Source: a virus
Virus record (IMG/VR): IMGVR_UViG_3300045922_000293
Coordinates: 49,161 to 113,160 of that record
Reading direction: 5' to 3' (one strand)
DNA length: 64,000 bases
In this document: one piece after another, positions 37,326 through 46,827 of the stretch
Layout: each line of letters opens with the position of its first letter
How positions within the stretch are numbered: the first letter of the stretch is position 1
Notes under the pieces: model-generated
The model's input: only the letters and a program-made list of their open reading frames with translations
Databases searched by the model: none
What the model was told of the DNA's origin: nothing
Position numbers and translations under genes: made by a program

Positions 37326-39869
37326 ATGGCTGATTACGGACCTCATATTAGCGCCTATCTTGATCCAACAGGGCGTAACTTTGATCTGATCGTGTACCAG
37401 CAAGTCCGCCCGTTGGCGGAATCCGAGCTGAACACGTCTCAAGACGCTTATCAAGATAAATTGCGCAAGATCTTGACGGTGTCTACGCCATCAGGTTTTT
37501 TGACGGGTGACTTTCTTCAACCTGAAGTGTTGGATTATGTGTTTGACCTGACTCCAAACACATTCAGGCTAGTCAACCGCCCTATTGTACATGTCAACGG
37601 GTGGGTGATGCCGATTGAATTTACAGGCACCTCAACATCGGGGGAGAATGTCATTACCTTACCCGCACCCCCGGCGGGGGCTACGGATGTGGGTGCGGAT
37701 TTTGTGTTTCTTGAGGTCTGGCGAGCTTTGGTGAGTCCTACACCAAGCATGATCAATAAGCCTAATGCAAATGAAATCTATCCGAATGGTAATATTCTAG
37801 CGGATGCGGGGACGTATCTACCTGACGATTTAATCAATCCCGTCTTGGCGCTGGAATCTACACGGCGAGTACAGATACAATATCGTATTCGATCCGTGCG
37901 CCTGTCAACGCGACAAGAGAGAATTGGGTACCCCGATTCTAATGTCACTTCACAAGGCCCGCAGGCTGCCCCCGGTGTAGACGCTTATGCCCCCGTAGCT
38001 ACGGATAGTGGTCTTTGGGTCAGTGGTTCAGGTGTAGCGGGGGATTTAGGTACGGTGGACGGGGTGATTTATAGCATCCCAATCGCGATCGTGTTCAGGC
38101 GCAACACGAGCCCATGGGATTATTTGTCAAACGGGAATGGAGGTAGCCTGATCCTGAGTGGTGTGTCAGACAGGCCCGATGGGTATTATGCGGATCAGGT
38201 TGTCTTAGAAGACGTGCTTGATTTACGTCATGCTGTCAGCTTTACGGGCGTATCTCACGAACATGTTTTGAATCATAGCGCCGCTTTGCTCATGGATCAA
38301 AACCTTCGGCAATGGGTGACGGACAGCAATCAGACGGGATGGTATTCGGCGGGCGATCATGTAGGCAATCGTTATTATAAAGGTGATGATCTTGTGCCAT
38401 CCACGCCTGTCACGGACCCACCTAGCGGAAATACGTTCGGATCTGTTGACGGGCTCAGGGAGCGTTATACGGATCGACCCCATATCCAGACACACACAAG
38501 ACGCTTTGGAGCCCCTGTAGGAGGGTGGACTGTGGGGGATGTGATCACATTTGATCTCTTGGCCCTAAGTCCTTTAGGCGCCCCGCTAGCGGATGAGCAG
38601 CCGACAGGGACGGTGATCAGGGATGTCACTAGATTGACGCTTAATGATAGCGCGGCGGGGGTGGGAAGCCCACCGTTCCCTCCTCAAGTCATCTTAGGTT
38701 TGCAGACACAGACGGTCACGATTACTATGGGCACAAGCCCCGTTCCGAATAGTCTTGAAGATCTATGGATTGATTTTGAGCTTGAATACCCTTCGGGGTC
38801 AGGTCTTACAAGTCATGTCACCCAAGAGATGACAAATTTTGATATTCTTGTTCATGCTCCTTCTAATTTAAGCACAGCGATTGGTGTAGCCCTCACGGAT
38901 GATGCTGCGGGCCGAGCACTTGTGCGCAATTATCTCTTTACTGAATATGAGGCCGCGCATCGCGAAGTGGTGTTGTATCATACAACCGATAGCGCCGTGA
39001 CAGATCAGATCCGCGCTACAGATGCCTTGACCCTCCGTTTATCTGAGCCTGTGCATCAAGGGTTAGCTGGTGTGGTCAGTGTGGTGGATAGTTTATTGAC
39101 GCCTCATCTTGTTGCGGGTGTAGATATTCAATCACGCACGATCTTTCTCGACCCGCTTGATCCCCTCCCCTCCCCTGATGATTTAGTGACGGTGACCTAT
39201 TTTCCGCAACGCGCACTCCCCATCACCTCAACGCCTGTGACGTTGTATTATAGGACGGCTGCATTGCAGGCGATTCCAGCGGAATATCTACCTGTCACGC
39301 TGATTGTGAATCCTGTTGCTGTGAGTAAGCAGCTTTATGTCGCGACAGCAAGCTCAGGTTCCGCACTCACGCCTTACCCCTATGAGAGCCCCTCCAATCA
39401 GCTCCCAAATCATGCCCAAGCTTCCTCATGGATCGGTGAGGAGGTGTTGAGATCCCCCGCCCCAATTTCAATCGATGATTTTAGTGTGGATTCCGGTTTC
39501 TTGGAATTGCCCGCCTTGGTGCCTTTTGCACAGGGTGTGTCATGGATTTTTGACAACCCTGTGAATATTACCATTGAGGATCAAGAATTCGTGGACCATT
39601 ATAGGACAGCCCCTTTGTTGAGTTATAAGCCCAGCGCGATCGCACAAGGCTTGAGCGCACATACCCCACACAAGGTATTCGCTTTTGTCCTTGCACACCT
39701 GTTGCAAGATACGCTATTCGCCCGGCGTGGTGAGCTTATCATGCTCGGGATAGCACAGGTGCATCAAGGAAATAAAGAAAATCGCTTGGCCTTATCTGAC
39801 AATACGGCTGATGGCGCTGCCGCTGTATCGATTTACCGTGTGAAGGGTGCTTGGAGGACGAATGCCTAG
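37326..39869 (+). CDS. baseplate/tail structural protein (paralog of 46828-51237)
   Basis: QQ.RPL.ESELN..Q start; D.VFLEVW, RVQIQYRIR, TVDG..Y.IPIA.VFRRN, DG.YADQ....D.LDLR. Confidence 0.7.
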   Translation: MADYGPHISAYLDPTGRNFDLIVYQQVRPLAESELNTSQDAYQDKLRKILTVSTPSGFLTGDFLQPEVLDYVFDLTPNTFRLVNRPIVHVNGWVMPIEFTGTSTSGENVITLPAPPAGATDVGADFVFLEVWRALVSPTPSMINKPNANEIYPNGNILADAGTYLPDDLINPVLALESTRRVQIQYRIRSVRLSTRQERIGYPDSNVTSQGPQAAPGVDAYAPVATDSGLWVSGSGVAGDLGTVDGVIYSIPIAIVFRRNTSPWDYLSNGNGGSLILSGVSDRPDGYYADQVVLEDVLDLRHAVSFTGVSHEHVLNHSAALLMDQNLRQWVTDSNQTGWYSAGDHVGNRYYKGDDLVPSTPVTDPPSGNTFGSVDGLRERYTDRPHIQTHTRRFGAPVGGWTVGDVITFDLLALSPLGAPLADEQPTGTVIRDVTRLTLNDSAAGVGSPPFPPQVILGLQTQTVTITMGTSPVPNSLEDLWIDFELEYPSGSGLTSHVTQEMTNFDILVHAPSNLSTAIGVALTDDAAGRALVRNYLFTEYEAAHREVVLYHTTDSAVTDQIRATDALTLRLSEPVHQGLAGVVSVVDSLLTPHLVAGVDIQSRTIFLDPLDPLPSPDDLVTVTYFPQRALPITSTPVTLYYRTAALQAIPAEYLPVTLIVNPVAVSKQLYVATASSGSALTPYPYESPSNQLPNHAQASSWIGEEVLRSPAPISIDDFSVDSGFLELPALVPFAQGVSWIFDNPVNITIEDQEFVDHYRTAPLLSYKPSAIAQGLSAHTPHKVFAFVLAHLLQDTLFARRGELIMLGIAQVHQGNKENRLALSDNTADGAAAVSIYRVKGAWRTNA

Positions 39870-41838
39870 AATGAAGAATCCGAATGATCTGCTTGTAGGA
39901 TCGGGACAGGCGGCTCAGGGGAGTGTCTCGACGAGTGCGTTGGTTACGGTTGATTTCGCGGCTCGTCCCCCTGTGAGCGTCAATGCGGATGCTATTCCTG
40001 TTGACACACCTTTGGCCATTTCGGGTAGTAATGTTCAATTACATGTTGATGGGGTCAGCGGATTAGCCCCGCGCCCGCTCCCGTTGACTTTGGGGCAAGT
40101 GTATCAAGTGGATCCTGAAGTGGGGTTTGTTCCCACCCCCTCACTCGGATCTCCCGCGGGGTCAAATATCTTGTGCCTAGTGTTTCCTAGTGCATCGTTT
40201 CAATACCTCAATGTAGGCTTTCCCGCCGATCGGGGCGTGCTCGCGGTGGAGTTTGACCCAACGTTAACGGGCCTGAATTATCAGGCCGTGAGCGCCCTGG
40301 ACATGACCAAAGTGTTTGTAGAGGGGTCACCGGATGATGACGTGACAGCACCTTCACGGCGTGTGGGGCAGCTCGATTATATCGCGGGGTCAGACCCCGC
40401 TGCAAGCGTCGGGGTATTACCTCAAAACGTCACTTTACGTGATCGTTTACCTCGTCTTGATGATTATACACGCTCAAATTTTCCGTTTCTCAATCCGGTG
40501 GGGGATGACCCCGTTTACCCCGCGTTTCATGAAGATTTCACAGGTCAATATCTCTCTAAATTTGAGATTACGGTCAATCTTTCCGTGGGTCAAAATGGAT
40601 TGATGCGTTTTGTGCATTATAAATCCCGTGTAGATTTTCAAGCGGGTCAAGCGGGGGATCCATTCGCATCGTGGTCAATTGTTGACACGACATTCGCTCC
40701 CTTAAATATTAGTATTTTCTTTGATAATAGTGTCATCCCTGTAGGGATTACTTCCTACACTTTGGACGCGAATAATCTTGTGGACTCGAATGAGATTGGG
40801 CCCTCAAGGCGATTTTTGAGTGGCGTTTTGTACTACTCCCCCGTAGATACGTTCACGCTCACATGGGGCGCGACAGGGATGTATGCGAATAGTTATGCAC
40901 TTGAAGGTGCAGCCCTCCCGCGTGGTCCCCTTGATACAGCGGATGAGTCCTTATTTGGTTTTAGCTCTTATAGCCCCCCTGTACCCAACATTGCGGACGT
41001 ATCCACATTCAATGACCCTTTATTTACCTTCGCGGTGGGGGGTGTTCGTGCTGCAAGACCTCTGCTAAGGGTGTTTAAACCTAATGGTTCCCAGAACACA
41101 CAACCCTACCCCGCCCTTCATCCTACTCTTTTGGTGCATGAGGCTAACTTTTTGACGATCCATGCTCAAGAAGAGAATTTTAGACACGAACGATCACGAT
41201 ACCCCTTTACAGGTAACGCCATCCTTGCTTATGATCCTTCAGGGACAACGAGTACGTGGGATGCTACGGCGTCTATTGTGGGCTCACAAGAGCTTCAGGT
41301 GCGGGGTGTGGATGTGGTGACACGTCCGTATTTAGGCTTAGGTGGTGGTGAGCTAGTCTTCCCCGTGACGGATTATAGCACGGGGCATGTGCCCCAAACA
41401 TTTGACGGTGTGACGCCACAGCGGGATTATAGTGTGGTGCCTGGCTTCCCTTTCTTGGTGTTTGTGCGTGCTTTCGATGTGGGAGGGCCCCGCCGCGAAG
41501 GGCGTATTCAAATCGACGGGACTTTTGATACGGGTCTTCATGCGACCCTTGCTGCCATGCTTCTTGAGCCCAACACCTCTGGGGTCGATATTGAGCTAGC
41601 GGCCACAGGCGCCCAAGGAGTCTTTTTCAGCTCTGTGTTAAGACCCGTGGGGCAGGGTGGAATCCTTACAGGAGTTGAAATAGTCAGTGAGACGAGTGTC
41701 ATCTTGGACTATCTGTTACCTCATACGCCTAATTTTCAGTTTAATGCTTGGCCCGTTACGTGTCAGGTAAAGATTCAGACGGGGTCACAAGCATCTCTAG
41801 CGCCTTTTGGACTTCAACGAATTCGGATTGTAGTATGA
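39862..41838 (+). CDS. virion structural protein
   Basis: GGAGG RBS; translationally coupled within the structural operon; beta-rich. Confidence 0.65.
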   Translation: MPRMKNPNDLLVGSGQAAQGSVSTSALVTVDFAARPPVSVNADAIPVDTPLAISGSNVQLHVDGVSGLAPRPLPLTLGQVYQVDPEVGFVPTPSLGSPAGSNILCLVFPSASFQYLNVGFPADRGVLAVEFDPTLTGLNYQAVSALDMTKVFVEGSPDDDVTAPSRRVGQLDYIAGSDPAASVGVLPQNVTLRDRLPRLDDYTRSNFPFLNPVGDDPVYPAFHEDFTGQYLSKFEITVNLSVGQNGLMRFVHYKSRVDFQAGQAGDPFASWSIVDTTFAPLNISIFFDNSVIPVGITSYTLDANNLVDSNEIGPSRRFLSGVLYYSPVDTFTLTWGATGMYANSYALEGAALPRGPLDTADESLFGFSSYSPPVPNIADVSTFNDPLFTFAVGGVRAARPLLRVFKPNGSQNTQPYPALHPTLLVHEANFLTIHAQEENFRHERSRYPFTGNAILAYDPSGTTSTWDATASIVGSQELQVRGVDVVTRPYLGLGGGELVFPVTDYSTGHVPQTFDGVTPQRDYSVVPGFPFLVFVRAFDVGGPRREGRIQIDGTFDTGLHATLAAMLLEPNTSGVDIELAATGAQGVFFSSVLRPVGQGGILTGVEIVSETSVILDYLLPHTPNFQFNAWPVTCQVKIQTGSQASLAPFGLQRIRIVV

Positions 41839-44800
41839 CAAAAAATAAGCAGGGTGTGTTGAATACGGGTGCCAATCGTGCGCAAGAAGCGGAAGCCTTC
41901 GCTTCAAGGGTTCAGGCTATTCCAAGCCGTCGTCCGTTGGCCTTGATCACGGACCCCACACGTTTTGTAGGGGATCTCAGCCGACAGACGCTCTTCAATG
42001 CCACGGTTCCAAACTCACACCCTACGCGTAACAGGCGTTTGACTGAGACGTTACAGGTGTACGGCGTCACGGTTTGGGCGGAGGGCACAGAGGGGGAAGT
42101 GGTCAATGTCAATGAATTTGACACAGGGGGTATTGATGTCACAGGTTTCCCCTCCCATCTCCGGCTGGTGCTTCTCCGCGGAGCTATCAAGCTAGGGTCC
42201 TATCGTATCACCTCCATGACGGGCACCTCAATCTTCACGGAAGAGGAGATGGATTTTGCCGTCACTGTGTGGCAGCTTGTGGAAGAAACACCGATGCAAG
42301 CCCTGCCCGTCCCTTCAGATCAGGCTATGCCCGGCACGGAAGTGACCTATTTGATTGTGAAGCCCCCGCGCTGGCCGCTCTTACGCAACAATCAATTCAC
42401 CTTAGCCCAATCCCCCGCGCTTTCAGGCGGGATCACAATGGATGCGATCACGGGGCGCTTGACCTTAAATGGCTCACACAATCAACCGAGTCAAATTTAT
42501 CAGGTGGATGATGTGGTCAATGTGAGCCTCAATATCAATCTTAAAGGTATTATGGCTAGGGTTCAAGATGTGGTGTTTACCCCCGGCCTTCCCAATACAG
42601 AAGTGTTGACCTTAGAGCCTCTATTTAATGAGGCCGTCCCCATCTACACCTCGCCTTCAAATGCGGCTTATAAAGTTGCACAGGTTCGGGACGTCTTGGC
42701 GAATCCTTATGCCCCTGTGAATGGGGTCAATATTTGGAATAATAAAGACGTGCTTGAATCCATGCGTTTGTACCCCTTAGTGGCCCCCGTTAATGGTGAT
42801 CCGTCACGCATTCCTTTTGGCGTACATTCGTTGTTTTCAAACAACGCTGCACCTTATGTACCCCCCACGGCGGCGGGTTTTCGAGTCGTGCTTTATCCTG
42901 CTACAGTGGCGGGTACCGCCGATCTGACGCGCCCGATTACGGATTTCAATGATATCATCATTGATCCTATGGTTACAGAGCCCCAGAGTGTAGAGATAGA
43001 TTATGCACAGGGGGCGATTCTTCTATCTCATGCAATCCCCGCAGCGGGAGGGGATCTCAACCCTAATGGTTATGTGTCTCCTAGCGGCACTCGGCATCTG
43101 TTCGTGGCTTGTGCAGCATATAATTCAAGCTACGCACCCGAGACCGTTGAGGGTTTGCGCACCAGTGCTGAACGTAGCTTGACCTATGAGATCGGGCCTC
43201 TTAATCGTGATTTGATTAATCTTGCGAGAGGTTGGACATTTCGTGATCAAAGTTTTGATCCTTATCATGAGCAGCAGGGGCAATCACAGAGGCCGACGAA
43301 GCCCGCTGTGATGATTGCAGCAGGATCGGGGGGGTCAGCGAGTGTTGTAGTGGAGGGGAACCCCCAGATCTTTTTTCAGACAAAGAGCACGCGTACCCCC
43401 AGCACAGCCATCGGGGCGCTGGGTTACGGTCCCGTGCTCAACCTGACGGACACACAGCAACAGATATCCATTCTTCCCTCTGCTCAGGGCGGGGGGCTGG
43501 TGGATTTAAGCGCAGGGTCAGAGACTGCGATCACGTCAGAGGGGCATAGTTATATCACCTTTTCAGAGGGGTGGAAAGATCTTGTCATCAACGCGAATGT
43601 GACCATTACAGCGGGCGTGAATGACCAGATTCGTTGGCATATGAATGATGTCGCAATGGTGCTCACGTTGAGCCCGGGTTTCAAGACTGCGGCTGCGTTA
43701 CAAACTGAGTTGGCATCCTTGATTGTGGCGGCTGGAGTGTCAGCGGGCGTACCACAAATTGTCGTACCGACTAGCCCAAACCAAAATATCAATTTACAGC
43801 CAACACCGGATAAAACAGGGCTCCGGGTCAGTGTGCGCGATTATTTTGTGACGGGGACGGGGTCTTCTCACGCAACTTTAGGGATTCCGAATCATGTGCG
43901 CGTCTTGCCTGTGGGTCTGTTTCAGAAGATTGTTGCGGGCTCAGACCAAACAAGTCCTATGGCATGGGATTATCAGCATAGGGAAAACAAGCGGTCTGCA
44001 CAGTGGCGCGGTGAGGACGTGAAGATCCTTGGGGGTTCTTCTTTACGGGCCGTTGGGGAAGCTTTTGAAGTTGGGCATACAAATTATGTAGTACGTGCGG
44101 ATGATACCCCTATCACATTTAATGCGAATGATGTAAAGATCCCGCCCATGGATCTTTTTGTCACACGCAATGAGGATAATCAGACAGGAGTGCGTTTAGT
44201 TCAGGTTCCTGATACAACTGTGAGTATATCGGGGCCTTCCGCCGTATACCTCATCTATTGGGATGAGATTTTAGAATCTCTTGAATTTGTGGACTATGCC
44301 CTTGTTCTTGATAAGACACTCCGCACCCCCCCTTATCGCGGGGTAGGGGTAGCTTTGGTGTCTTACAATTTCATTACGAATATTAATTTTGTGATAGACA
44401 TACGCCCTTTTCTCACCAATCAAAAGCAAAATGATACCATCACGGTGGGGACAGGGGGTATGTTCCGAACGTTACAGGGTGCAATGGCTTGGATTGAAGC
44501 ACATCCTCAGGGGTCAAGACATGTTAAGTTGATTTCAGATGTGGAGCATGTAGGTCCGACAGCTATACCCATTCCTTCAAATGTCACCCTAGATGGTCAG
44601 GGATACACTGTCACTGTGTCCGGATATGATACCGTGTTCGGTGACTTGTTCCATCTTGACCATGATAGCACATTTTCAGCCGAAAGCTATGTGAAAATGT
44701 GTCATTTCAAGGTGGTCTTTGCGGCCCCCCAAGTACAATTTTCAACATTTTTCATTAATAAGCCAGGAGCCCAACTTGAGCCGTCAACCCTTGTCTTAGA

Positions 44801-46199
44801 GGATATTCTTATTGTGGGGCATCCCCTCAGGTCCTTCGGCTTTTTAGTGGGGTCTGATTCCGCAAGTGATTTGAAGATTCATGCCACCCGTTTCGTGACG
44901 CAAGGGCTGCGCTTTGCTCTTGGATTTATAGGCAAAGAAGTTCATTTAAACCATTGTAAATTTCTAGACCTTGCTCCTATTGCAGACGGACGATTAATTG
45001 ATGTCAGGGATGGTTCAAAAATATCAATTCACAACACATTGGCCCTATTAAATGCGTCATTAGGGGGTCAAAGCATCTCAATTTTATCTAGTGCTACATC
45101 ATCTACGACAACAAATGATGTGGACATTGAGATTTGTCATTCACGCTTCTCTGTAGGGGATATTGACGCGATACGCTTAACCATGATATCCCCAACGGTC
45201 CCCTCACGTTTATCCATCCGGCACACTGAAATTCTTGTGGATGAAGCTTCCAACCACTTCATAGCCGATGGAAGTGGTATTGGGGATGCCTTGCGCGCGA
45301 TTGATATTGATCTTGATCATTGTGATTTGTTACGCACAAAACGTGCTTACCCTCCTTCTGCGGGGATTCAAACGGGGTCTTTATTCACGACAACGATCCC
45401 CGTCAAGTTATCATTAGATACATGTAGGTTAGATCATGTTTATATTAGCGGGTCAAGCAATTCGGGGCACACCTTTTTGATACAAAATTGTAGCACGGTA
45501 TTCAACGAGGGATCTGCGGTTGAAATACTAGGCACAGGTGGCGGTAAGGTGATTTTGAAAGATAATCGTTGGGATAATGGGTATTTTGGTTTTTCAGAAT
45601 GCGATGTCACGATTGAGGGGGGTGTATACAGGTCTTTCGGGTTCATTCAGTCGCCCACATCGGTGGGTTCAGGGTTTTTTGCTTTCTTTAGATGTACCGT
45701 CAATGCGGGGTCGGGTCTTCAGATCGTGAAGACCTCCCCCGATAATATTTCTTGTATGAGCTTCTTTCAAACCTGCTCTTTGCAAGCGGATCAAGTGTCT
45801 ATTCGACATGGGGGGGCGCTTGACCAATCTCTCTTAGGTATAGTTGCGGAGTCGAATGCAATATTTGATCGTTTTCAGGTAAATAATCTCAAGTCGATTT
45901 TCACGGGGCCGCCCCCCACGAACCCTGTCAATGCGAGTGCGATTGTGTTCCTCCCCCGTGTAGCCCTCGCTCGTGCATCCTGTGTGATGACGAATTTTAT
46001 CGTAGAAAATTATCCTACTTTAACTGTAGCCCCTGACCCTGATATCAGATCCAATGCTGTACGGGTGAGTTCAAATTGGGAGATTGTGAACATTACTTCG
46101 GGTTTGGTCTTGACAAATACCACCATTCCTGTAAAGTTTAATTTTGCTGCGACGGTCAACATCTTCGTGGATGCGACGGTTAGGTTCATCACTCTTTGA
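41835..46199 (+). CDS. tail fibre/spike with a putative C-terminal parallel beta-helix (receptor binding or depolymerase)
   Basis: ATGA overlap start; ITVG.GG.F.TLQ.A lead-in followed by I.I.N/HC beta-helix-type rungs. Confidence 0.65.
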   Translation: MTKNKQGVLNTGANRAQEAEAFASRVQAIPSRRPLALITDPTRFVGDLSRQTLFNATVPNSHPTRNRRLTETLQVYGVTVWAEGTEGEVVNVNEFDTGGIDVTGFPSHLRLVLLRGAIKLGSYRITSMTGTSIFTEEEMDFAVTVWQLVEETPMQALPVPSDQAMPGTEVTYLIVKPPRWPLLRNNQFTLAQSPALSGGITMDAITGRLTLNGSHNQPSQIYQVDDVVNVSLNINLKGIMARVQDVVFTPGLPNTEVLTLEPLFNEAVPIYTSPSNAAYKVAQVRDVLANPYAPVNGVNIWNNKDVLESMRLYPLVAPVNGDPSRIPFGVHSLFSNNAAPYVPPTAAGFRVVLYPATVAGTADLTRPITDFNDIIIDPMVTEPQSVEIDYAQGAILLSHAIPAAGGDLNPNGYVSPSGTRHLFVACAAYNSSYAPETVEGLRTSAERSLTYEIGPLNRDLINLARGWTFRDQSFDPYHEQQGQSQRPTKPAVMIAAGSGGSASVVVEGNPQIFFQTKSTRTPSTAIGALGYGPVLNLTDTQQQISILPSAQGGGLVDLSAGSETAITSEGHSYITFSEGWKDLVINANVTITAGVNDQIRWHMNDVAMVLTLSPGFKTAAALQTELASLIVAAGVSAGVPQIVVPTSPNQNINLQPTPDKTGLRVSVRDYFVTGTGSSHATLGIPNHVRVLPVGLFQKIVAGSDQTSPMAWDYQHRENKRSAQWRGEDVKILGGSSLRAVGEAFEVGHTNYVVRADDTPITFNANDVKIPPMDLFVTRNEDNQTGVRLVQVPDTTVSISGPSAVYLIYWDEILESLEFVDYALVLDKTLRTPPYRGVGVALVSYNFITNINFVIDIRPFLTNQKQNDTITVGTGGMFRTLQGAMAWIEAHPQGSRHVKLISDVEHVGPTAIPIPSNVTLDGQGYTVTVSGYDTVFGDLFHLDHDSTFSAESYVKMCHFKVVFAAPQVQFSTFFINKPGAQLEPSTLVLEDILIVGHPLRSFGFLVGSDSASDLKIHATRFVTQGLRFALGFIGKEVHLNHCKFLDLAPIADGRLIDVRDGSKISIHNTLALLNASLGGQSISILSSATSSTTTNDVDIEICHSRFSVGDIDAIRLTMISPTVPSRLSIRHTEILVDEASNHFIADGSGIGDALRAIDIDLDHCDLLRTKRAYPPSAGIQTGSLFTTTIPVKLSLDTCRLDHVYISGSSNSGHTFLIQNCSTVFNEGSAVEILGTGGGKVILKDNRWDNGYFGFSECDVTIEGGVYRSFGFIQSPTSVGSGFFAFFRCTVNAGSGLQIVKTSPDNISCMSFFQTCSLQADQVSIRHGGALDQSLLGIVAESNAIFDRFQVNNLKSIFTGPPPTNPVNASAIVFLPRVALARASCVMTNFIVENYPTLTVAPDPDIRSNAVRVSSNWEIVNITSGLVLTNTTIPVKFNFAATVNIFVDATVRFITL

Positions 46200-46206
46200 G
46201 GTATCT

Positions 46207-46815
46207 ATGTATTATCTTGTTGAGAACAAGACTCAAACTATTACGGCATCTCTCTTGCCTCATTTAAATGGTGTGCCCGTCGAGGGTCAACGGGTTGTGA
46301 CGATAGATGATCGGGCACCTATTGATGAAGAGAGCCCACCACCTCTTACGTTGAATGGCTTATTGTCTCAGAAATTTGCGGGCCTTCTTGCGTTGAATCC
46401 TCAATATAATCACATTACGTATGACGACTTTGCATCTCAAGCAGTGTGGGACCCCGCCGCGCCTTCAACCATGGCGGCGATTGGGGTGGGCCTTGTGTGG
46501 CTCCCCCCCTTTGCGGGGTTATTACAAACGATCACGATAGCCGCCGCTGTGCCATTTGATCGTGGTGTCTTGACTTGGAACGCGGCGAGGTTTACAAGGG
46601 AATATGAGGATGCCGTCCGTTTGCATCTTTTCTATGAGCCTGTATCCTCCGATACCTTGACCGCCTTTATCTCCAATGATGGGGGGGGTTCTTTTACCCC
46701 CGTTATCAATGGGTTGGAGTTTGTGTTGCCCTCCTTCGGGGATCAAATAGTGGTCAGATTTGAGAATACGAGTACGCAACGCGTGTATATTGAGCCCTTT
46801 GGCGTACTTTATTAA
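46207..46815 (+). CDS. virion structural protein
   Basis: GAGG RBS before ATG 46207; ISNDGG.SF motif. Confidence 0.65.
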   Translation: MYYLVENKTQTITASLLPHLNGVPVEGQRVVTIDDRAPIDEESPPPLTLNGLLSQKFAGLLALNPQYNHITYDDFASQAVWDPAAPSTMAAIGVGLVWLPPFAGLLQTITIAAAVPFDRGVLTWNAARFTREYEDAVRLHLFYEPVSSDTLTAFISNDGGGSFTPVINGLEFVLPSFGDQIVVRFENTSTQRVYIEPFGVLY

Positions 46816-46827
46816 CATAGGTAGATC

